A DNA stretch of 64,000 nucleotides, taken from contig JACVGT010000011.1 in the NCBI GenBank assembly GCA_018992685.1, positions 1 to 64,000 on the forward strand, given 5' to 3'. Both the position numbers and the translations under genes were made by a program. Of the stretch, positions 38,897-48,618 are shown piece after piece; within the stretch, counting starts at the first letter, position 1; each line of letters opens with the position of its first letter. The notes under the pieces were generated by a model. The model was not told where the DNA came from and did not search any database. It saw nothing but the letters and a program-made list of their open reading frames with translations. The stretch is from Theionarchaea archaeon. Its GTDB lineage: Archaea; Methanobacteriota_B; Thermococci; Methanofastidiosales; SZ-28-30.

Positions 38897-40075
38897 ATGG
38901 ACTCACGACTCTGGAATGCAATCAGCATCATTGCGTTTTCTATCCTTCTGCTGCTGGGGTTTTATGTTACGCACTTCCTTCTAGATGTCCTCCTGATTGC
39001 AGTCATCATATCCTACATGGTCAGGCCTGCAAAAGAGAAGTTGCCCTTCAAGAATGAGACACTTTCAACTCTTCTGGCTGAGATTATCGTCCTAGTACCA
39101 CTTTTCCTCTTCTTGGTCTTTACCTTTCTTTCCCTTGCGAATGCGCTTGTGGCGCAGCACGCATTGAAATCCGTGCTTCAGGACATCGGAGCAATAGGGG
39201 AAACTGTCAACAGAATTGTGGGAGATTTTCTGCAGTTTCTAGGAATCAGCGAAACTCAAATTGCCGAGGCCTCTCTGGAGACGCTGACCTCACGAATTGA
39301 GGTTCTCACTCAGGACATAACAGAGACTGTTGTAACCTGGGCATTCAAACTTCCCAGCGTTATAATTCGACTGTTTCTGGCGACTTTTCTCTCTTTCTAT
39401 TTCGTGCGTGATGGGAAAAGTCTGAGAGATGCTTTGATTAAAATAACTCCAGACAACAAGAAGGAGAAAATTGCCAGAATGGTGACAGCCTGCGATGCAG
39501 TAATATATGGCATTGTGGTGGGGTATCTTTTCAAGGCTATCATCACAGCATTTCTCTCCATTATTGTATTCTACTTCCTTGGGATTGGTAACCCTTTTGT
39601 CATGGGAGTCGTGCTTGCGGTTTTTGATTTCATCCCTTTGATCGGACCCTGGACTGTCTTCCTCGGCTTGTTTCTATGGTATGCACTCCAGGGACAGGTA
39701 GCCTATGCCATCGAGGTGGCAGGAATCTGTTACTTCACCATCTCTCTGGTGCCGGAACTGTACATTCGTCCCAAGGTATCAGGGACGATTTCTCAGGTTC
39801 ATCCCATGGTGATGCTGGTAGGGATTCTGGGCGGTATCTTGTCTATGGGTCCTATCGGAGTTATTGCAGGTCCCCTCATTCTTGGAATGATTGTGGTGAT
39901 CGTCAAGAGCTACTTTCTGGACATGCGTATTGAGAAGGAAGACATTATTGGCAGGCTCCTGATAAATGCTGGGGCCCGGCTGAAGAAGCTGAACCCCAGA
40001 CAGGGCAGAGAGGCTCCTGAAGACAAAGATGAGAATGGTGAGGATGGAAGATCCGCCGGGGTGGAACAGTCATGA
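38897..40075 (+). CDS. AI-2E (PerM/UPF0118) family transporter
   Basis: FYFVRDG, FIPLIGP, IRPK and HP...G..GG...G..G.I.GP. Confidence 0.88.
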   Translation: MDSRLWNAISIIAFSILLLLGFYVTHFLLDVLLIAVIISYMVRPAKEKLPFKNETLSTLLAEIIVLVPLFLFLVFTFLSLANALVAQHALKSVLQDIGAIGETVNRIVGDFLQFLGISETQIAEASLETLTSRIEVLTQDITETVVTWAFKLPSVIIRLFLATFLSFYFVRDGKSLRDALIKITPDNKKEKIARMVTACDAVIYGIVVGYLFKAIITAFLSIIVFYFLGIGNPFVMGVVLAVFDFIPLIGPWTVFLGLFLWYALQGQVAYAIEVAGICYFTISLVPELYIRPKVSGTISQVHPMVMLVGILGGILSMGPIGVIAGPLILGMIVVIVKSYFLDMRIEKEDIIGRLLINAGARLKKLNPRQGREAPEDKDENGEDGRSAGVEQS

Positions 40076-41085
40076 CCAACTGGAAATCACTCATCCTGCT
40101 TCTTGCTGGAATAGGTATCATTGCTCTTCTTATTCACCTGGCAGGAATGGAAAGAGTTTTCGATCTGCTCTCGGAGGCTGATTTCAAGTTCGTTGCGGCA
40201 GCAGTAGGCTGCCAGGTCATGGCATTGCTCCTATGGTCGTGGCGGTGGAAGATCCTGCTGCATCCGTTTCATGTAGCTCCATTGAGGAGATGCCTTTCAG
40301 GAATTCTCATTGGGACATTCTTCAACAATATCACTCCGATTGCCAAGGCAGGAGGTGAACCCTTCAGAGCCTACTACTTGGGGGAAAAAGAAGAGGTACG
40401 GTTTGAAGACACTTTTGCCACGGTGGCTATGGACAGGATCATGGAGAGTCTCCCGTTTCTGATTGTTTTCGTTGGCTCTGTGGTGTATGTCACGTTCCAT
40501 CACGGGACCAGTGGTGAAATGATCATTGTTGTGGGGTTTGCCCTTTTTCTTAATATTCTCCTGCTGGCGGGAGTATTGTATCTTTCGTACAATCTGGGAG
40601 CTGCCAAGAGATTGATATTCATGTTTTTTGGGTTGGTGGGCCGCTTTTCCAACAGATTGGAAAAGTATGAGAGTGCAGTGGAAGAAGCTGTAGAACGATA
40701 TCATGGTGCCATAAAGATGTTATTTTCCCATCAGACGAGACTCTTCGCTTCTTTCTGTATTTCATCAGTATTCTGGCTTCTTTTAATTCTCAGGAACTAC
40801 TTAGTAGTTCTTGCCCTCGGATATGAAGTCGAATTCTCGGTTATTGTGGTGATCCAGACCGTAAGCACCCTTGTTGGAATCATTCCCATATTGCCAGGAG
40901 GTCTGGGTTCGACTGATGGGATCATGATATTCCTGTATCTTTCTTTCGGATTTCCGGCTGCAGCAGCAGTGAGTGCCTCTCTCCTGGACCGATTCATAAG
41001 TTACTGGATGGTGACCACACTCGGTGCTGTTGTCGTAATTGCTGAGCGGAATCTGCTGAGAGGACAGGATTCCTCGTCTGGGTGA
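40072..41085 (+). CDS. UPF0104 / lysylphosphatidylglycerol-synthase-TM family flippase-like protein
   Basis: RW, NNITP.AKAGGE, PGGLG and LLDRFISYW. Confidence 0.88.
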   Translation: MTNWKSLILLLAGIGIIALLIHLAGMERVFDLLSEADFKFVAAAVGCQVMALLLWSWRWKILLHPFHVAPLRRCLSGILIGTFFNNITPIAKAGGEPFRAYYLGEKEEVRFEDTFATVAMDRIMESLPFLIVFVGSVVYVTFHHGTSGEMIIVVGFALFLNILLLAGVLYLSYNLGAAKRLIFMFFGLVGRFSNRLEKYESAVEEAVERYHGAIKMLFSHQTRLFASFCISSVFWLLLILRNYLVVLALGYEVEFSVIVVIQTVSTLVGIIPILPGGLGSTDGIMIFLYLSFGFPAAAAVSASLLDRFISYWMVTTLGAVVVIAERNLLRGQDSSSG

Positions 41086-41500
41086 TGATGATCACTCCTC
41101 CTGAGATGTAGGTGCCACACGATATTTTTCGCTAGTGTATGCACCAAAGCTGCAGGCAGGCCACAGGGATTTCTGAATTTGGGGCTTCTGTCGGTTCCTG
41201 AAGTATCTCCTCCTGATACTTTTTTTGCCAGAAGACTGGATGAACTCTCTGCTGGGGATCATAGAATCCCGTTCCGGGAGCCGGAGTATTCCACTCGCAA
41301 AAATATGGCGACGTTCTCACTGTGCTCTTCTTGATGCGAGAGTGAAGTACCTCCAATGTCTTCAATAGAGGGAGAATGGAGGTATTCGTGCCTTTCATTT
41401 CTGTGTAACCCTGAAAAACACTGAACAATCAAAGTCCAGAAAGATTTATAAGTGATGAGATGAAAGCGATACACATCTCAGTCTAACGTTTGGTGATTAT

Positions 41501-41794
41501 ATGGAACGGTCAAAAGGCATCAGAAGCAGGACCAGATACAAGATGAAGAAGAAGCCCAGAGAGCGAGGGCTACCTTCTCTGTCCCGCATTCTCCAGGAAT
41601 TTGAATGCGGGCAGTATGTGCACATAGATATTGAGCCCTCTATTCACAAAGGGATGCCTCACCCTCGATTCCAGGGGAGGACTGCTGTGGTTAGAGAGAA
41701 ACGGGGCAGTTCCTATGTTCTGGAAATTCGAGAAGGATCAAAGCACAAAACCATAATTGCGCGACCTGAACATCTTCGGCCTCAGGAGGGATAG
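41501..41794 (+). CDS. rpl21e: 50S ribosomal protein L21e
   Basis: SKGIRSRTR, GMPHPRFQGRT and RPEHL. Confidence 0.96.
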   Translation: MERSKGIRSRTRYKMKKKPRERGLPSLSRILQEFECGQYVHIDIEPSIHKGMPHPRFQGRTAVVREKRGSSYVLEIREGSKHKTIIARPEHLRPQEG

Positions 41795-41796
41795 GA

Positions 41797-42135
41797 TTGG
41801 ATGGGAAGCAAATTGAAAAGTCTGAACCAGTTACCCTAGCTGAGGTTAGAGCTATTCTTTCCTCTCGCAGAGAGGCTGGGGATCTTCTGTATGAGCAGAG
41901 CATTGCTCTGGATCATGCCAACAAGTTTGCCCGCCTGGACATTGAAAAGGCTCACAAACTCGTTGAAGAGCTGGTGGAATCAGGAGTCCGGAAGGATATG
42001 GCCTGTAAACTTGCTGATCTTCTTCCCCAGAGCAAAGAAGAGCTCCAGATGCTCTTTCCAAAAGAACGGTTCATTTCAGATGAACCCCTGATAGAAAAAA
42101 TCATTTCGACTATTCAGAAATATGGGGAGAGCTAG
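41797..42135 (+). CDS. rpoF: RNA polymerase subunit F (Rpo4)
   Basis: LLYEQ..ALDHA.KF and KLADLLP. Conserved position after rpl21e. Confidence 0.9.
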   Translation: MDGKQIEKSEPVTLAEVRAILSSRREAGDLLYEQSIALDHANKFARLDIEKAHKLVEELVESGVRKDMACKLADLLPQSKEELQMLFPKERFISDEPLIEKIISTIQKYGES

Positions 42136-42678
42136 ATGCAAAAAACGTATGAAGACTATGGTGTTGTCCTTGACTTTCTGCCCCAGGGCTATCCAACAGA
42201 GAAAGGGTTCAAGAGAACCCCCATCGTGCAGCTCCTGGGGGAAGCCCACTTCTCTCTATTGGAGGCAATCCCGCGAGGTCATCTGACATCCCACGAACGG
42301 GTCTTCATAGGAAAGGGAAATCGTAAGAGAATTAACCACATAAAACGACGGTTGAGTCATGATGATCTTACCAGCTCTGCAAAGGCAGAGTTGCCCTATG
42401 TTGTTGAAGAAGTGGTGGAACGGTGCGAACAGCAATTTGTAGAGTTTTTCAATACTTCCCGTGCCATCACCATACGGTATCACCAGCTGGAGCTCTTGAG
42501 TGGAGTAGGGAAGAAGCTCATGAATGAGCTTTTGACCCAACGCAGGAAAGAAGAATTCAAGAGTTTTGAAGACATCAAGCAGAGAATTCCCTCTGTCCCC
42601 GATCCCAAAAGGATGATTGCCAAGAGAATCGTCACTGAAATAAAAGGGGAAGACAAATATCACATTTTTGTATTCTGA
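42136..42678 (+). CDS. DUF655 family putative RNA-binding protein
   Basis: VLDFLPQG, FFN, HQLELL.GVGKK and FKSFED. Part of the conserved archaeal rpl21e-rpoF-DUF655 operon. Confidence 0.9.
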   Translation: MQKTYEDYGVVLDFLPQGYPTEKGFKRTPIVQLLGEAHFSLLEAIPRGHLTSHERVFIGKGNRKRINHIKRRLSHDDLTSSAKAELPYVVEEVVERCEQQFVEFFNTSRAITIRYHQLELLSGVGKKLMNELLTQRRKEEFKSFEDIKQRIPSVPDPKRMIAKRIVTEIKGEDKYHIFVF

Positions 42679-42812
42679 TGTAGCGACCTTTTCTTCCAGA
42701 AAGTACAAGCGAAAGTCCAGCATGCTCCTGGTCTGACTCCCCACCAGAGGATTCACCATAAAGGGTTCAAGAATGTCGATACCCAGATGAAAGAACGACG
42801 GCTTTCTCATGG

Positions 42813-43484
42813 TTGCGTGATGAGCTGCTCATCCCTCTCAGGGTTGAACAACAAAGAGTTTTTATGCTCTTCTCCCATGTGACAGCAATGAGTGCAAGCA
42901 TCTATCCCATGGGGTCGATTTTCTTCTTCTATATCTTCTTCATAGTGTTGGTCATAGTCATGGTGTACGGCTTGTGGGAGCTCCAGCAGGCGCACCTTGA
43001 GCAGATGCCGAACCCACTTTCCGCAGCCTTCTTGGGAATTCCTGACACTATCAACCTTTTTGACGAGGTGCAGGCCATGCTCAGAATACAGAACGTGGGA
43101 AAGACCCGGCTGAAAAATGTCCGGGTGATGTGGGGTTCAGTATGGACTCTTTCTCTGGAGCCTGAAGCGCACGTGGATATTCCCTTTAAACTGGACACCC
43201 TAACTGCAGGAAATCACTCCATGAATGCCCGCGTGTGCTACAAGCAATGGGACGTAACCATTCTATGTTTTTACCACGTCTTTCTCAGAAGACTTACTCA
43301 GAAAGAGAAATATTTAAGAATTCTAGGATTGAAAGCAGGTGCATCCCGGAGAGACATAAAAAGGGCAAGGAACAGGCTGGCTAAGAAATATCATCCAGAC
43401 AAGGAAATGGGGAATGAGGAGAAAATGAAGGAAGTTAATGAAGCCTATCGGCGGCTCATGCAGGACTTAGATCCCCATACATAA
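42813..43484 (+). CDS. Membrane protein with Ig-like region and C-terminal DnaJ domain
   Basis: TM helix and ILGL...KYHPDK...VNEAY. The true start may be further downstream. Confidence 0.75.
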   Translation: MRDELLIPLRVEQQRVFMLFSHVTAMSASIYPMGSIFFFYIFFIVLVIVMVYGLWELQQAHLEQMPNPLSAAFLGIPDTINLFDEVQAMLRIQNVGKTRLKNVRVMWGSVWTLSLEPEAHVDIPFKLDTLTAGNHSMNARVCYKQWDVTILCFYHVFLRRLTQKEKYLRILGLKAGASRRDIKRARNRLAKKYHPDKEMGNEEKMKEVNEAYRRLMQDLDPHT

Positions 43485-43541
43485 TTTCTCTTGACCAGCC
43501 AATAATCAGCTCGAAAACACATTCATCTATCATGACGGCAA

Positions 43542-44273
43542 TCAATACTGTTCTCCGTGATAATAAATGACAATACCGTCCTGTTGGATTTCAAACGGCA
43601 GCTTCCTCATGGTGTGCTTTGTTCCTCGCATCTTCCGTACCCGTAGTGTGCGTTTCAGATCGTGACCTTTTTCCTCGAGATCCATGATTATGACACCCCG
43701 GCAGACGAATTCCTCCACACCATACCGGGAAATCATGTTGGGGCGCACACTCTCTGTGGTCAGCAGAGACGTCACACCAATCTCCAGGAGCAGAGAGCTC
43801 AGGCGGTAGATAATGCCTCTGATCTGGCCCGTGTCAGTTACCCGCAGCTCCAGAGAAGGGAGAGAATCAATGACCAGCCGTGTTGCCTGAATTTTCTTGG
43901 TTGCCCGGTAGATTTCAGTTACCAGTGAATCTATGTCGAACCCCTTGGGCATGGTGTACTTCTCTCTGGTATGTAAACCAGAGCGGGTTGAAGCGGCATC
44001 AATGATGACCAGTCTCTCTTCGTCTTCGAACTTCTTGAAATCCCAGCCCAATGAAAGCATTTCGTTTCTCAGGTCTTCGGGTCGCTCTTCCAACGTCACG
44101 TAGATGCCTTTCTCGTTGTAGTCTCGTAGACCGCGATACAGGAATTGGGCGCAGAATACGGTCTTTCCAGTACCAGACGCACCAGTAACGAGTATGTTCG
44201 TTCCGGCGGGATACCCTCCGCCCATGACTTCGTCCAATCCCTCAATACCTGTCTTCACCCGTTTCATTGACAT
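43542..44273 (-). CDS. Single-domain KaiC-like ATPase
   Basis: TGIEGLD, GASGTGKT, TLEE, LVIDS and RKMRGTKH. Confidence 0.9.
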   Translation of the reverse strand: MSMKRVKTGIEGLDEVMGGGYPAGTNILVTGASGTGKTVFCAQFLYRGLRDYNEKGIYVTLEERPEDLRNEMLSLGWDFKKFEDEERLVIIDAASTRSGLHTREKYTMPKGFDIDSLVTEIYRATKKIQATRLVIDSLPSLELRVTDTGQIRGIIYRLSSLLLEIGVTSLLTTESVRPNMISRYGVEEFVCRGVIIMDLEEKGHDLKRTLRVRKMRGTKHTMRKLPFEIQQDGIVIYYHGEQY

Positions 44274-44285
44274 GATTTTTCTTCT

Positions 44286-44350
44286 TACTTATATATACTT
44301 TTCGCTTTTTTCCCAAATCTCTTTGGAAATCTTCCAAACATTTATATATA
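44286..44350. promoter_or_regulatory. Divergent promoter pair with central inverted repeat
   Basis: TATA on - (ttatatatac, about 44289-44298) and on + (tttatata, 44341-44348), with tttggaa-atc-ttccaaa at 44322-44338. Confidence 0.6.
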
Positions 44351-44369
44351 AGGGCATCTATGTACATAT

Positions 44370-44834
44370 ATGGACCAGCTTGATCGAGAGATCTTAAGGG
44401 AACTGTTGCAAGATTCGCGAAAGCCCACCTCAGAGATTTCGAGAGAACTGAATAAGCCAAATTCCACCATAGATTTCAGAATCAAGAAGATGATGGAAAA
44501 GAACATTATAAAAGGATTCACCGTCATAACTGATCAGTCTGCCCTTTCCAAAACCTTTGCACAGGTAATTGTGGACGTTGAAAAACCCTTCTTCAAGGAC
44601 AGGTACCGGGAAGTTATAGAAGATGTGGCTCATCGATTGGCTGAACACACTGAAATATGTGTGATTGCTGCCATACGGGAGGGGAAGCTGTTCTGCATTG
44701 TCGCCTGTGCGGATGCTCTGGAGCTCAATGAATTCATTAACGAGAAAATCAAGATGACTCCATTCGTGCGCTCCTGCGAAACAGAGGTTTTTCTTGACGT
44801 TTATAAGAACAATGTGTGGGTGGAGGACTTATAG
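44370..44834 (+). CDS. Lrp/AsnC family transcriptional regulator
   Basis: MDQLDREIL..L..DSR, HTH, and RIKKM...IIKGF. Confidence 0.9.
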   Translation: MDQLDREILRELLQDSRKPTSEISRELNKPNSTIDFRIKKMMEKNIIKGFTVITDQSALSKTFAQVIVDVEKPFFKDRYREVIEDVAHRLAEHTEICVIAAIREGKLFCIVACADALELNEFINEKIKMTPFVRSCETEVFLDVYKNNVWVEDL

Positions 44835-46593
44835 TAGTGGCTCGATACCGGATTCCAACCCAGTATTCACCTATGGCGAAATATGTGTCTACTGGTGGCA
44901 GGGTTTCTTTGTTGCGGTAAACGAAGACTGCAGGTCTCTCTTCTTGTCTGGCCAATTCAATAGTCTTTTGCGCTTCTGCACTTCCCACTTCAAACCACAT
45001 GCCATTGTCCACAGGACGTCCGGTGAGGACGACAATACGGTCAGCGAGAGAGGGTTCATCGACATGAATGATCTGATTCGGATCAGTATTCTGTTCTATG
45101 AATGCTTTCAGGGCAATGTCAGCTTCACGTAGTCCAGGTTGTAGGAAATGGAGTCCTACTGCCCCATCAAGTGCAGTAATGCTGGGGAGGATAGGTGACC
45201 CACTTCCTGGCACACCAATGGCAATCAGAGGCATGGGGATCAGTCCTATCAGGAGGAGGAGAGCTACCCTCTTCCGGGAGGTGATCCACTTCTGCAGGTA
45301 CAATGCAATGAAGATGGCCCAGAAAGGTGCCGTGTGGAACCAGTACCGTCCACCGTAGAAGACGAGGGCAGGAAGAAACCCGATCAGGATGTACTTTACG
45401 AGGTCTCGGTTAATCCCCGAAGACTGTCTCAGCCCTTTGATCCCAAAACCCAGAAAGATGGGGTTGAAGATCTGCAGCGACAGCATGCCGATAATCAATC
45501 CCAGAACAGGGTTTCCCACTATTGTGCCAAAACTCCTCAGGAAATCCCGGAACAGAAAAACCCTCAGAGCCCACGGAAGGTAAAAAATCAAAGAGAGTAC
45601 AACAAACTTCCGGTAAAAGGAAAAATACGTCCTGAACTTATAGGAGAGAACCAGTAAACACACCAATACCAGAAAAGGGAAGGAGAGATGGGAATACAGG
45701 CATAAGACCATGAAGAAGACTGACCAGCCCAGCCGCTTGGAGAGAAAAGCCAGCAGCAATAAGGGAAAGAAGAGGTTAACCAGAGAGCTGGGCATAACTC
45801 CAATGAATATCAGCAGGAACGTGGCATCCATAGACAAAATGATCAGAGCGATAAAGGCGATTTTGGATGAGAATAAGAGGCGGGCGAAGTACCAGGAGGT
45901 GAGCAATGCTACAGGATACAAGACGATCTGCAGCACTTTGGCCCCCTCAATAACGTGGTCAGCATCCTCACTGAAGAAGGTAATCAGGATGTGAAGCAAA
46001 GGAGGATATAGGTGAGGTCTGCCCACAGGCTGGTACTCCCAGGTGTCCCACAGGGGAATCTCCTTCAGCTCAATGATCTTTCTGGCTACTGCCATGTGAT
46101 ACCAGCCATCATCTCCAAAAGGCTGAAATTTATCAGCATTAACCAGAAAACTCAAGAAAATGAAGAGGATAATGAGGAGAGCCAGTAAATCAAGTTTCTC
46201 CGTGGCGAAACGCAGTCGAGGCCGGGAGAATACCTCGCCGTCTTTTGAAATAACAATGGCTTCCTTCCACGCAATTGGACTTTCTTCTTTCTCACCAATT
46301 CGGAATCGAGCATAAATCACCTTGACCACACGGGCTACAGGAAGGAGGAGGAGAAAGATCCATAATCTGGTCAGAAGCACTATGGAGAAGATGAGGAGTA
46401 CATTTGCTACAATCAGCAGGATGACTCTGAGAAGTGAAGAACGCACCTCCCGTCTGTACAGGTATAGAGCCAGGGGGGCTGTGAATATCGTGGACAGGTA
46501 GAACCCAGGCCTGTGCCATCCTCTGGTGGCGATTTTGAGACACGCCTGCTCGAAATAGTCAAACCCCTTGGGAAGCCAGGTTAAAGGGTTCAT
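44749..46593 (-). CDS. Polytopic membrane protein, GT-C-type (PMT/ArnT/STT3-like) glycosyltransferase
   Basis: GDDGWYH, GRPHLYPPLLH and more than 10 TM helices. Its 3' end overlaps the Lrp gene convergently. Confidence 0.65.
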   Translation of the reverse strand: MNPLTWLPKGFDYFEQACLKIATRGWHRPGFYLSTIFTAPLALYLYRREVRSSLLRVILLIVANVLLIFSIVLLTRLWIFLLLLPVARVVKVIYARFRIGEKEESPIAWKEAIVISKDGEVFSRPRLRFATEKLDLLALLIILFIFLSFLVNADKFQPFGDDGWYHMAVARKIIELKEIPLWDTWEYQPVGRPHLYPPLLHILITFFSEDADHVIEGAKVLQIVLYPVALLTSWYFARLLFSSKIAFIALIILSMDATFLLIFIGVMPSSLVNLFFPLLLLAFLSKRLGWSVFFMVLCLYSHLSFPFLVLVCLLVLSYKFRTYFSFYRKFVVLSLIFYLPWALRVFLFRDFLRSFGTIVGNPVLGLIIGMLSLQIFNPIFLGFGIKGLRQSSGINRDLVKYILIGFLPALVFYGGRYWFHTAPFWAIFIALYLQKWITSRKRVALLLLIGLIPMPLIAIGVPGSGSPILPSITALDGAVGLHFLQPGLREADIALKAFIEQNTDPNQIIHVDEPSLADRIVVLTGRPVDNGMWFEVGSAEAQKTIELARQEERPAVFVYRNKETLPPVDTYFAIGEYWVGIRYRATTISPPPTHCSYKRQEKPLFRRSARMESS

Positions 46594-46725
46594 CTCCCCA
46601 CCTCCCCATTAAAGCATAAAAGGTTACTGGTGCCAGTCCAGTGATTCCGCCTGTAATCCTGATGACAATACTTATATGGTTCCTTCCCCAACCACCACAA
46701 TAACCACACAAAAGGTGTAGAATAC

Positions 46726-48615
46726 ATGAATAACGGGAAGGTAACCCTCGATAGAATGAGAGAACAGTACCCAGAGAAGTTTAAAACAGAACCCGGGATA
46801 TTTGAGAATATCCATCGGGGAGACTACATATTCATCGGTACAGCCTGTGCTGAGCCACAGTACCTTGTAGAAGCCTTAATAAACTATGTAGAATCATATC
46901 CCAAAGCCTTTTTTGATGCTGAGATCATTCATGTGTGGACACTGGGTGTCGCTCCCTATACTGATGAGAAATTCAGATCAAACTTCAGGCATGATTCTTT
47001 TTTTGTTGGAGAGAATACCAGGTCAGCAGTAAATAAAGGGTGTGCTGATTATACCCCTATCTTTCTGTCAGAAGTACCACACTTATTCTATGATGGTATC
47101 GTCCCCGTGGATGTTGCTCTGATACAGACATCACTTCCAGACAGCCATGGGTACATGAGTCTGGGTGTCAGTGTTGATATCACAAAGGCTGCAACTGAAG
47201 AGGCGTCTCTTGTAATTGCGCAGGTCAATTCCAATATGCCACGGGTACATGGAGATGGGTTCATCCACATAGATGATGTGGATTTTGTAGTTCCTCATGA
47301 TGAGCCAGTCCTCGAGTATGAACCACAGGTATCTGATGAGATTGCCCAGCAGATAGGCACCTACGTGGCACCACTGGTGGAAGATGGTGACACCATTCAG
47401 GTAGGATATGGAAGCATACCAAATGCTATCCTGTCCAACCTCGGTCAGAAAAAGCACCTGGGAGTCCACACTGAACTCCTGGGAGACGGCATTGTGGATC
47501 TCATGAAAGCAGGTGTTATTGACAACAGCAGAAAGGCGATAGACAGGGGGAAAACCACAGCCACCTTCTGCATGGGTACAAAAGAAACCTATTCATATAT
47601 CCATGATAACCCTTCCATCGAATTCAAGATCGTGGACTATACGAATAATCCGTTGATTATTGCCCGGCACGACCACATGACAGCCATCAACAGTGCTCTG
47701 GAAATCGACCTCACCGGGCAGGCCACGGCAGAGTCCATTGGAAAAACCTTCTACAGTGGTATTGGAGGACAGGCAGACTTCATGCGAGGGGCTGCTCTTG
47801 CCCGAAATGGGAGGACAATCCTCACCTTGCAGTCAACAGCAGAAAATGGTGAGGTGTCGCGGATTGTCCCCTTCCTGAAAGAGGGTGCGGGTGTAACCCT
47901 GAACAGAGGAGACATTCACTATGTAGTCACAGAATGGGGAATTGCGTACCTGCATGGCAAGAATATCAGGGAACGGGCCATGGAGCTGATTGCTATTGCT
48001 CACCCGAAGTTCAGGCCCTGGCTGATCAAGGAAGCAAAGAACCTCAATCTCATCTACAAGGACCAGGCCTTCATCCCCGGGAAGAGAGGAGAGTACCCTG
48101 GAGAGCTGGAGATGTACAGAACCACAAGAGAAGGGCTGGAAATCTTGTTGAGACCTGTCAAGATCAGCGATGAGCCCTTGCTCAAGGATTTCTTTTACTC
48201 TCTGTCAGATCAGAGCATGTACAGGCGATTCATCTCCCAGCGTAAAGACATGCCCCATGAAAGGCTGCAGGACTTCGTGGTCATTGACTACACCAAGGAG
48301 ATGGTGATCCTGGCTGTGATCCAGGAAGAAGAACGGGAAGAAGTGGTGGGGGTGGGTCAGTATGGTATCGATGATATCACTCACACTGCAGAAGTTGCCT
48401 TCGTAGTCCGTGATGACTATCAGAACAAAGGAGTGGGAACTGAATTACTAACGTATCTGACATACCTTGCAAAACGACGTGGGTTACTGGGCTTTACGGC
48501 AGAAGTCCTCCTGGAAAATAAGCCCATGCTCCATCTATTTGAAAAAATGGGATTTGATATACAGAAGAGAACAGATGGAGGAGTATACGAACTGAGAATG
48601 GCTTTCAGAGGTTAA
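46726..48615 (+). CDS. Acetyl-CoA hydrolase/CoA-transferase fused to C-terminal GNAT domain
   Basis: QVGYGSIP, LGVHTE, SGIGGQADF and VVTEWG. GNAT motif EVAFVVRDDYQNKGVG. Confidence 0.9.
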   Translation: MNNGKVTLDRMREQYPEKFKTEPGIFENIHRGDYIFIGTACAEPQYLVEALINYVESYPKAFFDAEIIHVWTLGVAPYTDEKFRSNFRHDSFFVGENTRSAVNKGCADYTPIFLSEVPHLFYDGIVPVDVALIQTSLPDSHGYMSLGVSVDITKAATEEASLVIAQVNSNMPRVHGDGFIHIDDVDFVVPHDEPVLEYEPQVSDEIAQQIGTYVAPLVEDGDTIQVGYGSIPNAILSNLGQKKHLGVHTELLGDGIVDLMKAGVIDNSRKAIDRGKTTATFCMGTKETYSYIHDNPSIEFKIVDYTNNPLIIARHDHMTAINSALEIDLTGQATAESIGKTFYSGIGGQADFMRGAALARNGRTILTLQSTAENGEVSRIVPFLKEGAGVTLNRGDIHYVVTEWGIAYLHGKNIRERAMELIAIAHPKFRPWLIKEAKNLNLIYKDQAFIPGKRGEYPGELEMYRTTREGLEILLRPVKISDEPLLKDFFYSLSDQSMYRRFISQRKDMPHERLQDFVVIDYTKEMVILAVIQEEEREEVVGVGQYGIDDITHTAEVAFVVRDDYQNKGVGTELLTYLTYLAKRRGLLGFTAEVLLENKPMLHLFEKMGFDIQKRTDGGVYELRMAFRG

Positions 48616-48618
48616 AAT

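Noticed and set aside
41132-41428. Minus-strand 88-98-aa ORF between the flippase gene and rpl21e
   Set aside because: No recognisable motif or RBS. It could be real but cannot be supported from sequence alone.
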